Assembly (NCBI GenBank): GCA_963675595.2 | Contig: CAXXLZ010000002.1 | Coordinates: 256,001-320,000, forward strand | Reading direction: 5' to 3' | DNA: 64,000 bases | From: Thermodesulfobacteriota bacterium | Lineage (GTDB): Bacteria > Desulfobacterota > Desulfarculia > JACQYL01 | Shown here: positions 42,036 to 50,114 of the stretch, piece by piece | How positions within the stretch are numbered: position 1 is the stretch's first letter | Layout of the letters: every line of letters starts with the position of its first letter | Made by a program: the position numbers and the translations under genes | The notes under the pieces: model-generated | Told to the model about the DNA's origin: nothing | The model's input: the letters and a program-made list of their open reading frames with translations, nothing else | The model's database searches: none

Positions 42036-43239
42036 AGCCAAACCTTCCCGATTCAGCGTGCGGCAACGTATGGAGCTCACCGCGTGTACCAACTGCCGTT
42101 TGTGCGCGGATGTCTGCCCGGCCGTCAAAGCCTCGGACAAAGGTGAGCTCTCCGCGCTGAACCGCATGAAGGGTTTGCGGAAATTACTGAAGAGCCGGGG
42201 ACCCGGCTTCCTCGCCCGACTATTCGGTTCCAAGACCATGTCCGACGAGGAGCGGCGAGACTTTTCCAACAACGCTTTTAGCTGCACTCTGTGCGGCAAC
42301 TGCCGGGAAGTCTGTCCCGTGGGCATTCACCTCAAAGACCTCTGGCTTTCCCTGAGGGAGGACTTGGTTGATACGGACAATTTCCCCAAGAAAATCAACC
42401 TGATCAAGAAGAATCTCCTGGAAAGCCGCAATGTGTTCGGGGAAGACAACGAAGAACGGGCCGAATGGGTGGAAGACCTGGACGACGCACCGGACGACCT
42501 GTTGGTGCGGGATGAGGCGCAGGTGGTCTATTTCACCGGATGCACGGCGGCCTATTTCCCGGTGGCCCAGAAGATTCCTCTGGCATTTGCGGAAGTCCTT
42601 ACCAAAGCTGACGTGGATTTCTCCCTTATGGGAGAAGACGAATGGTGCTGCGGGTTTCCATTGCTGGGTGCCGGTCTGAGGGACCTTTTCCCCGAATTCG
42701 CCGAACACAACATGGAGGCGGTGCTGGAAAAGGGGGCCCGGGAAGTGGTGTTCGCGTGCCCTTCCTGTTACGAGATGTGGAAAGAGCACTACGACTATGA
42801 ATCACGGGGTATCGTCATTTATCACAGCACCCAATTCCTGTTGCGACTGATCCAATCGGGCGCTTTGAAACTCAAGGAATTGGATATGACCGTGACTTAT
42901 CACGACCCCTGCGACCTGGGCCGAGGGGCCAGGGAGTTCGAGGCACCCCGAGAGGTGATCCGTTCCATACCGGGAATTCGATTCGTGGAATTGCCGGACA
43001 ACCGTGAAAACTGCAATTGTTGCGGCGGCGGAGGCAATCTGGAGATGATCGATGCCGGGCTTTCCGCGGACATCGCCAAGGCCAAGATCGAGGAAGTCCT
43101 GTCCACGGGAGCCGACGCGGTGGTGACATCCTGCCAGCAGTGTGTGCGAACCATGCTGACCTACGCCAAGCGCAACAAGGTTCCCATCGAAGTGCTGGAT
43201 ATTACGCAACTCGTTCAACGGGCCCTGGCCGACTCCTGA
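42019..43239 (+). CDS. HdrD-like Fe-S CCG protein
   Basis: CTNCRLCADVCP, CTLCGNCREVCP, YFTGC/CCG/CPSC and YHDPC/CCG/CQQC. Confidence 0.9.
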   Translation: MPTRSEAKPSRFSVRQRMELTACTNCRLCADVCPAVKASDKGELSALNRMKGLRKLLKSRGPGFLARLFGSKTMSDEERRDFSNNAFSCTLCGNCREVCPVGIHLKDLWLSLREDLVDTDNFPKKINLIKKNLLESRNVFGEDNEERAEWVEDLDDAPDDLLVRDEAQVVYFTGCTAAYFPVAQKIPLAFAEVLTKADVDFSLMGEDEWCCGFPLLGAGLRDLFPEFAEHNMEAVLEKGAREVVFACPSCYEMWKEHYDYESRGIVIYHSTQFLLRLIQSGALKLKELDMTVTYHDPCDLGRGAREFEAPREVIRSIPGIRFVELPDNRENCNCCGGGGNLEMIDAGLSADIAKAKIEEVLSTGADAVVTSCQQCVRTMLTYAKRNKVPIEVLDITQLVQRALADS

Positions 43240-43266
43240 CCGACCCGCCTCGCTGGAACTCGAATC

Positions 43267-44859
43267 ATGACCACATGGCGTTTATTGGATACGCCGCCCA
43301 TGACGGCGGCCGAAAACATGGCCCTGGACGAGACGCTGGTGGAGCTCAAGGGCCGCGGCCGCACGCCCGATACCATCCGGTTTCTGCGTTTCAAGCCCCG
43401 GTGCGTCCTGGTGGGATACCACCAGGCCGTGCGGGAAGAGATTCGCCTCGAGTACTGCCGCGAACAAGGCATCGACGTGAACCGACGCATCACGGGCGGA
43501 GGCGCCATCTTTTTCGACGAGAACCAACTGGGTTGGGAGGTCTATGCAGACAAATCCTTCTTCAACATCGCCATTCCCAACAACCGCCTTTTCAAGGCCC
43601 TTTGTCGGCCGGTGGTCACCGCCCTGAAACGCCTGGGGCTGCGAGCCGATTTCCGCCCGCGCAACGATATCGAGATTCGAGGACGAAAGATTTCAGGCAC
43701 CGGCGGGACCGAGTCCGAAGAGGCTTTCATGTTCCAGGGAACCATGCTGGTGGATTTCGACGTGGACACCATGCTGCGGGCCCTGCGTATTCCGGTGGAG
43801 AAACTCAAGGCCAAGGAGATCGATTCGGTCAAGGATCGAGTGACCTGCCTCCAATGGGAGTTGGGTTACACGCCTCCTTTGGAGGAGATCAAAGCGGCCA
43901 TCCGATACGGCTTCGAAAGCGGGCTGGGAATCCGGCTGGAACCTGGGGGCCTTACCGATGAGGAAGAAGCGCTGTTCCGACGAAAGCTTCCGGGCTTTCA
44001 GTCTCCTGCGTGGATCGATTCCGTGAAGCCCGAGTTCGGGAGGCGCGAGGCGGTGCAGTCCTCCTACAAAGCCGATGCCGGGATGGTGCGGTACACCCTG
44101 GTCGTCAACCCGAGCCGGCGACGTTTGAAGGACATCTATATCACGGGTGATTTCCTCTGCTTCCCCGGCCGGGCGCTTTACGACCTGGAAGCGGCTCTGC
44201 GAGGCATGCCCCTGGACCGTCGAACGCTTCTCGAAACCATTCGGAGCTTCTTCGACGACGGACGCATCACCATACCCGGCATGCCCTTGGAAGCCTTTGT
44301 CCAGCCTCTGGAGCAGGCACTGGAGAAAATCAAGATCACGCGGTTCGGAATCCCCCTGGAGCACTGCAACCTGATTTCGGTAACCAACGGCTCCTTTGAG
44401 GAAATTCTGCGCATGGAGCCTTCGGTCCTGCTTCTGCCTTACTGCGCCAAGCTTACCGACTGCGACCTGCGGTACGCCAAGGGATGCAGGACCTGCGGGA
44501 GAGAGACCTGCACCATCGGTCCCGCCTGGACCCTGGCAAAAGAGCGCAAGATGAAGGTGATCAGCATCGTCAGCTTCGAGGACCTTTGGGCCGAACTCAC
44601 GCGCATGCGCGAGAAGGGAACCCGTGCCTACATCGGCTGCTGCTGTCAACCCTTCTACGCCAAACACGTGGATGATTTTCAGCGCAGCGGCGTACCGGGC
44701 ATCCTGCTGGATATCGACAACACCACCTGTTACGACCTGGACCAGGCCAAAGAGGCCTACGCCGGCCGATTCGAAAGCCAGACCGTGCTGAACCTGGAAT
44801 TGCTCGAAACCGTGCTGCGCGCCGGTGAGTCTCACTCGGCATGCCTGGAGACACGCTGA
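43267..44859 (+). CDS. Lipoate:protein ligase (Lpl(AB)) with Cys-rich DUF116-like C-terminus
   Basis: NMALDE, RRITGGGAIF, NDI, RKISGTG and ITGDF; C-terminal LPYC..C..C..C..C and GCCC. Confidence 0.9.
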   Translation: MTTWRLLDTPPMTAAENMALDETLVELKGRGRTPDTIRFLRFKPRCVLVGYHQAVREEIRLEYCREQGIDVNRRITGGGAIFFDENQLGWEVYADKSFFNIAIPNNRLFKALCRPVVTALKRLGLRADFRPRNDIEIRGRKISGTGGTESEEAFMFQGTMLVDFDVDTMLRALRIPVEKLKAKEIDSVKDRVTCLQWELGYTPPLEEIKAAIRYGFESGLGIRLEPGGLTDEEEALFRRKLPGFQSPAWIDSVKPEFGRREAVQSSYKADAGMVRYTLVVNPSRRRLKDIYITGDFLCFPGRALYDLEAALRGMPLDRRTLLETIRSFFDDGRITIPGMPLEAFVQPLEQALEKIKITRFGIPLEHCNLISVTNGSFEEILRMEPSVLLLPYCAKLTDCDLRYAKGCRTCGRETCTIGPAWTLAKERKMKVISIVSFEDLWAELTRMREKGTRAYIGCCCQPFYAKHVDDFQRSGVPGILLDIDNTTCYDLDQAKEAYAGRFESQTVLNLELLETVLRAGESHSACLETR

Positions 44860-45926
44860 TGAGCGAATCGCGGTTCGATGTTCTGGTAGTGGGCGCGGGG
44901 CCGGCCGGGTCTTCGGCGGCCGCGGCCGCGGCTCGAAAAGGCGCTCGCGTGCTCATGGTGGAGCGCCGGGAAACCATCGGCGTGCCCGTACGATGCGCGG
45001 AATTCATCCCCGCCATGCTGCTGGGCGAATTGGAAATCGACAAAGGTTTTATTGTTCAACCGGTGAAAGGCATGAAGACTCATATCGGAGACCACGCCGA
45101 AAAGACGACCCGCGCGCCCGGGTATATCATTCGAAGGGACCGATTCGATCAGACGCTGGCCGAAAAGGCGCGCACGGACGGCGTCCAAGTGATGACCGGG
45201 ACCCGAGTTTCACACATGGATGCGGACGGCCGAGTTTATCTCACGGCGCGATGCGGGCCCGGTCATGTGGTGGAGCCGCGAATCGTCATCGGAGCCGACG
45301 GTCCGCATTCCACCGTGGGACGCTGGGCGGGCTTGGTGAACCGCGGTCTTCTGCCGGCCGTTCAGGTGACCCTGCCCCTCACCCGACCTCTGGATCATAA
45401 CGAAGTGTATTTCCATCCGACCATCACCGCTGGATACGGCTGGCTTTTTCCCAAGGGTGATTCCGCCAACGTGGGACTGGGCATGCGCACCAACGAACGG
45501 GACGGGGAAAGCATCGGAAAGACCCTGGATCGCTTCGTGACCAAGCTGCGGCGCATGGACAAAGTGTCCGGCGACCCCACTTCCCGGACTGCGGGTTGGA
45601 TACCGGTTGAACCGTTGAGCCGCACCGTTCACGGTCCCATCGCTCTGGTGGGCGACGCCGCCGGACATACCCATGCCGTTACCGGGGCCGGCGTGTTCGC
45701 AGCAGTGGTCTGCGGCCGCATGGCCGGAAAGTGGGCCGGAGAAGCGGCACGAAACAATGACATCGGCCTTCTCGAAAAATACGAGCAGGGATGGCGGGAT
45801 TTTTTAGGCCGGACCCTGTGGCTGGCGAGGGAGCGTCGTCGAAAAATGGAAGCGGAATGGGACCGCTTCGCCGATGTGATACCCAAATGCTGGCCGGTTT
45901 ATCGTGAATACTATGCAAAACATTGA
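44859..45926 (+). CDS. lipT: Geranylgeranyl reductase-family flavoprotein (LipT-like)
   Basis: GAGPAG, CAE, GADG, GYGWLFPKG and GDAAG motifs; located between the ligase and the radical SAM genes. Confidence 0.75.
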   Translation: MSESRFDVLVVGAGPAGSSAAAAAARKGARVLMVERRETIGVPVRCAEFIPAMLLGELEIDKGFIVQPVKGMKTHIGDHAEKTTRAPGYIIRRDRFDQTLAEKARTDGVQVMTGTRVSHMDADGRVYLTARCGPGHVVEPRIVIGADGPHSTVGRWAGLVNRGLLPAVQVTLPLTRPLDHNEVYFHPTITAGYGWLFPKGDSANVGLGMRTNERDGESIGKTLDRFVTKLRRMDKVSGDPTSRTAGWIPVEPLSRTVHGPIALVGDAAGHTHAVTGAGVFAAVVCGRMAGKWAGEAARNNDIGLLEKYEQGWRDFLGRTLWLARERRRKMEAEWDRFADVIPKCWPVYREYYAKH

Positions 45927-46860
45927 ATATAAAAGGAAGCCGGACGAAAATTCGGCATGGGAGCGGCCAGGGCAGCACATCACCTTTTTTCTGCCGGGTA
46001 TGTTTCGACTCAACGGGCACACCGGGCGGTATCCGGCCGTTTCCATCACCGGCGGCGACTGCGCTCTGGGATGCGACCACTGCCGGGGAACGATTCTGTC
46101 CAATATGCTGAAGGCCGACGACCCGGATCGACTGCCGGCCGTGTGTAGACGTCTGGCGAATCAGGGGCATGTGGGAGTGCTCATCAGCGGGGGCTGCGGA
46201 CCGGACGGCACCATTCCCTGGTCGGGCTTCTTCGAGGCCATCCGCAAGATCAAATCCTCCACCGGGCTGTTTGTTTCCATCCACAGCGGATTGGTGGACC
46301 TCAAGACCGCCCGAAGCCTCAAGAACGCCGGCGTGGACCAGGCCCTCATCGACGTCATCGGAGATGATGCGACCTTCAGGTCCGTGTACCGGCTGCCTTT
46401 CGGCGTGGACGAGATCGCACGCTCCATGGAAGCTCTGCAAGCGGTCGGCATTCCCATTGTTCCTCACATCGTCTGCGGCATCGACCACGGCCGGATTCAC
46501 GGCGAGTATCAGGCCGTTGAAACGGCGGCCCGATTCAACATCGCCCAATTGGTCGTCGTATCCCTGATGCCCATTCCCGGCACCCCCATGGCCCGTGTAA
46601 AGCCTCCGAGCGCCGAACAAACGGCCGACATCATATCCGAAGCGAGGTCGAGAATGCCGGACATTCCCATCAGCTTGGGATGCGCCAGAAAACGAGGCGA
46701 CCATCGTCTGGAAGAACTGGCCCTGGACGCCGGCGTCACCCGCATGGCCCTTCCTTCGGAAGAGGCCGTACAGCACGCGCGAGACCGCGGGCTTCAGGTG
46801 CGTTTTCAGCCCACCTGCTGCTCCGTGCCTCCAATGCTGTATACCGATGGTTGGCTCTAG
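45913..46860 (+). CDS. lipS1: Radical SAM lipoyl synthase subunit (GCAR + CC motif type)
   Basis: CALGCDHC, LISGG, LGCARK and PTCCS; the motif set described for Thermococcus LipS1. Confidence 0.8.
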   Translation: MQNIEYKRKPDENSAWERPGQHITFFLPGMFRLNGHTGRYPAVSITGGDCALGCDHCRGTILSNMLKADDPDRLPAVCRRLANQGHVGVLISGGCGPDGTIPWSGFFEAIRKIKSSTGLFVSIHSGLVDLKTARSLKNAGVDQALIDVIGDDATFRSVYRLPFGVDEIARSMEALQAVGIPIVPHIVCGIDHGRIHGEYQAVETAARFNIAQLVVVSLMPIPGTPMARVKPPSAEQTADIISEARSRMPDIPISLGCARKRGDHRLEELALDAGVTRMALPSEEAVQHARDRGLQVRFQPTCCSVPPMLYTDGWL

Positions 46861-46985
46861 CAGGGCGGTGAAAAACGCGATCTGCTGCGTTGCACTTCAT
46901 CCCTCGTCATTGCGGCGTACTCTATGTACGCCTTCATTCCTCGGGATTTGCGCGCCTTGCATATCATCGTTTTTCACCGCCCTGC
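46860..46985. repeat. 126-bp MITE-like element
   Basis: Perfect 18-bp TIR GCAGGGCGGTGAAAAACG with internal dyad symmetry. Confidence 0.8.
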
Positions 46986-47225
46986 GGCAACCGGACTTTT
47001 GAAACGGGCTGTTAGCGATTCTTTGTGTGAGCCGGGGGACGCTTGTGCGGGGTCGCACCGCCTCCAGCGGAGCGACGTGAGGAAGATCAAGGGCGTTGAG
47101 CCGGCTCTTTAGTCTTTTTCCGTCACTTTGAAACGACGGAAAATGCCGCTTTGGAGAGGCGGCTCGTCTCTCGGTGAGCGCCTACGGGCAAACACATGCC
47201 GACACCCACTTAGAAAGTTTGGAAA

Positions 47226-47272
47226 AGGGGGGTACGGGGGGGAGAACTTTTTTAAAAGTTCTCCCCCCCCGT
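47226..47272 (+). repeat. REP-like hairpin repeat
   Basis: GGGGGGTACGGGGGGGAGAACTTTT-T-TAAAAGTTCTCCCCCCCCGT. Confidence 0.75.
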
Positions 47273-47332
47273 GAATGCTTTCAACCTTTTTGGCTTTTCC
47301 CGAGTGAACAACTGAGAAAGGAGCATCGAAGG

Positions 47333-48379
47333 ATGCCGTCCGATATGGAAACCAAAGAAAGCCCCGAATATTTGCGCACGAGTCTGGCAGCCGCCATGAC
47401 GTTGGGATTCAAACCGGGCATTTTCTACCGCGGGGCCAAGCTGTACTGCATCAACCTGCTGCTGACCTACCGCAGCGGATGCGCGGCGCGGTGCGCTTAC
47501 TGCGGGTTGTCTCGCGCCAGGTCCGGAGAATACGGCGACAAGAGTTTCATCCGGGTGAGCTGGCCCGCCTACGCTCTGGAAGAGATCATCGAAAGCATCG
47601 GTCGGCGCATGCAGCGGGTCAAGCGCATCTGCATTTCCATGATCACCAACCGGCGCGCCGTGGCAGACACCCGCGACATTTGCGCCAGACTCCGCTCCGC
47701 TTTCGACATTCCGGTATCGTTGCTCATTTCCCCCACCCTGGTGACGCGCGACGCCCTGATCGACTTCCGGGAGGCCGGAGCGGACAAGATCGGGGTGGCC
47801 TTGGACCTGGCCACCCCTGAACTGTTCTCCAGGTATCGAGGCAAAGGCGTGGGCGGCCCCCACTCCTGGGATCGGTATATGGAATGTCTCGGGGACGCTG
47901 TTGAGCTTTTCGGCCGCCGCAATGCCGGGTCCCACTTCGTGGTGGGCATGGGCGAAACCGAACGGGAAATGGTGGAGAGCATCCAGCGAGTTCAGGACAT
48001 GGGAGGCTGGACGCACCTGTTTTCCTTTTTTCCCGAAGCGGATTCCCCCATGAAGGACCACCCCATGCCGGACATGGATCATTACCGGCGCATCCAATTG
48101 GCCCGTTACCTGCTCGACGAAGGCATCTCCCGCGCCGAGCGTTTCAGGTACGACGAAGACGAACGAATTGAACACTTCGGCGTGCCCTCCCATCGCCTGG
48201 ACGAAGTGATCGACGGCGGTGAACCTTTCCGCACCAGCGGGTGCGAAGGCTATGACGGGCAGGTGGCCTGCAACCGACCTTACGCCAATTCACGCCCGGG
48301 TCCGGATATCCGAAATTTTCCCTTCCCACCCGAGGCTGAAGACATCGCACGCATTCGTGGGCAGATGGGTCTTGGGTAG
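47333..48379 (+). CDS. lipS2: Radical SAM lipoyl synthase subunit (TxGC..CNRP type)
   Basis: CAARCAYC and C-terminal RTSGCEG..VACNRPY; the motif described for Thermococcus LipS2. Confidence 0.8.
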   Translation: MPSDMETKESPEYLRTSLAAAMTLGFKPGIFYRGAKLYCINLLLTYRSGCAARCAYCGLSRARSGEYGDKSFIRVSWPAYALEEIIESIGRRMQRVKRICISMITNRRAVADTRDICARLRSAFDIPVSLLISPTLVTRDALIDFREAGADKIGVALDLATPELFSRYRGKGVGGPHSWDRYMECLGDAVELFGRRNAGSHFVVGMGETEREMVESIQRVQDMGGWTHLFSFFPEADSPMKDHPMPDMDHYRRIQLARYLLDEGISRAERFRYDEDERIEHFGVPSHRLDEVIDGGEPFRTSGCEGYDGQVACNRPYANSRPGPDIRNFPFPPEAEDIARIRGQMGLG

Positions 48380-48389
48380 GTATTTATTT

Positions 48390-48647
48390 GCCGGGGAAAA
48401 CTTTCGAGAGAGTTTTCCCCTGACCCCTTTCAAAGCCTTGAAAGCGGGCCTCACCGCCTTCGCGGAGAGGCTTTCGGCGAAAAAAATTCGGGAACGGGAG
48501 AGTAAGGCGGGCAGGTACTGTGGCCCTCCCTTCCGTCTTTTACGTAATCTCTACTCTGCCGCTCCGCCGCAGACGGCGCTGCCATGGTCCAAAGTCTTGC
48601 AGGGGTCAGGGGGGTCCGGGGGGCGCTTTTTCAAAAGCGCCCCCCGG
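48390..48647. repeat. Two REP-like repeat copies in opposite orientation
   Basis: GGGGAAAACT..AGTTTTCCCC plus GGGCCTCACCGCCTTCGCGGAG; and GGGGGGTCCGGGGGGCGCTTTT-TC-AAAAGCGCCCCCCGG. Confidence 0.75.
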
Positions 48648-48683
48648 CATCGTTAAACATCCAAACGAAGAAGGAACCGTTCT

Positions 48684-49850
48684 TTGCAGGGAATACTCAT
48701 CCTGGTCGCCTCCGTGGTCATGCAGATGTGCTTGGGGGCCACCTACTCCTGGTCCGTCTATGTTGGTCCGCTCAGGGAGCTGACCGGCATGCTGCAGGGA
48801 CCGACGCAGTTGCCGTTCACGTTCTTCTATTTCGTCTTTCCCGCCGTGATGATCATATCCGGAACGCTCCTTCCTCGGCTGGGCCCCCGATTCTGCTCCG
48901 TACTGGGCGGGCTTCTGTTCGGTTCCGGCTGGATACTGGCGAGTTGGGGTGACGTTCATTTCGCATTCACCGTGCTGGGCATCGGCATTCTGGCCGGAGT
49001 GGGCGTGGGATTCGCCTACATCGTTCCCATCGCCACGTGCATCCGGTGGTTTCCCGAACACAAGGGATTGGTGACCGGCGTGGCCGTGGCCGGCTTCGGA
49101 GGCGGTGCGGCTCTGGTAAGCCAGATCGGCGGCCGGCTCATGCACCTGCACGGAGCCACGCCTTTTGAAACCTTTCGCATTTTCGGCATCGCCTTCGCCC
49201 TGCTGGTCCCTTTGGCGGGCCTGGTCATGAAGAATCCGCAAGTCCAGGCCGGCGGCAAATCTTCAACTTCAAAGGCCCGAGGCATTGTGAATACAGGGCC
49301 CTTCCGTCTGCTGTACTTCGCCATGTTCAGCGGCTTGGCGGCGGGTTTTGCCGTGAATGCCAACCTCAAGGAACTCTTCATGGAAGGAAGCGCGGCCACC
49401 GGCATCCTGGCCGTGTCTCTGTTCGCCGCGGCCAATGCCCTGGGCCGGCTGACCTGGGGTTTCGTGTTCGACCGCCTGCCCTCTGCGACGGCGATTCAGG
49501 CCAACCTTTTCGCCCAGGCGGCCGTTCTCGTCGGCGGGCCGTGGGTGCTCAGATCCGAGACCGGTCTGCTGGTCTTTTCTCTGCTCACGGGATTCAACTA
49601 CGGAGGCGTTTTGGTGGTGTACGCGTCGTCCGCGGCACGCATTTGGGGCAATGAACGGGTGGGGAGCGTTTACGGGCGTCTGTTCTCGTCCAACATTCCC
49701 GCCGCCCTGGCGCCCATCGCAGCCGGGGTTCTGTTCGATTGGACGGGAAGTTTCACCCTGCCTTTGTGGTTCATCGGCGGGATGCTGACCGTCGCGGCGC
49801 TCATGGTGAAGAGGAATTCGGGGCGGTTGACGGAGGAATCGGACGTGTGA
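48684..49850 (+). CDS. MFS transporter, oxalate/formate antiporter (OFA)-like
   Basis: GATYSWSVY, WFPEHKGLVTG, GFGGG and NALGR motifs; about 12 TMs. Confidence 0.88.
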   Translation: MQGILILVASVVMQMCLGATYSWSVYVGPLRELTGMLQGPTQLPFTFFYFVFPAVMIISGTLLPRLGPRFCSVLGGLLFGSGWILASWGDVHFAFTVLGIGILAGVGVGFAYIVPIATCIRWFPEHKGLVTGVAVAGFGGGAALVSQIGGRLMHLHGATPFETFRIFGIAFALLVPLAGLVMKNPQVQAGGKSSTSKARGIVNTGPFRLLYFAMFSGLAAGFAVNANLKELFMEGSAATGILAVSLFAAANALGRLTWGFVFDRLPSATAIQANLFAQAAVLVGGPWVLRSETGLLVFSLLTGFNYGGVLVVYASSAARIWGNERVGSVYGRLFSSNIPAALAPIAAGVLFDWTGSFTLPLWFIGGMLTVAALMVKRNSGRLTEESDV

Positions 49851-49904
49851 AGGGATCGGAAACCCGCACCGGCTCAATGGGTTCGGATCTCCTATGGCAG
49901 CCGT

Positions 49905-49990
49905 TTACGGGGGGGAACTTTTGAAAAAGTTCCCCCCCGCGGCCCCCCTCAAACATCTCAAACGGGCCTCACCGCCTCCTGCGGAGCGCC
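49905..49990 (-). repeat. REP/MITE-like repeat copy
   Basis: GGGGGGGAACTTTT-GA-AAAAGTTCCCCCCC plus GGGCCTCACCGCCTCCTGCGGAG. Confidence 0.75.
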
Positions 49991-50114
49991 TGAAGAAAAT
50001 AGGGTTGCTCACTAATTTCCGGCTTTACTTACATCTCCTAAGCTGACCCAAAAGCTCCCTAGTTCGGCTTCGTCGCACGTCGTCGGGATAAAGCCCGCAT
50101 AAGGCGTGCAGACG

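Noticed and set aside
40474-48379. Canonical sHdr sulfur-oxidation cluster
   Set aside because: The lipoate genes match, but sHdrA, separate HdrB/C subunits, TusA and DsrE are absent, and the context is hydroxyacid metabolism.
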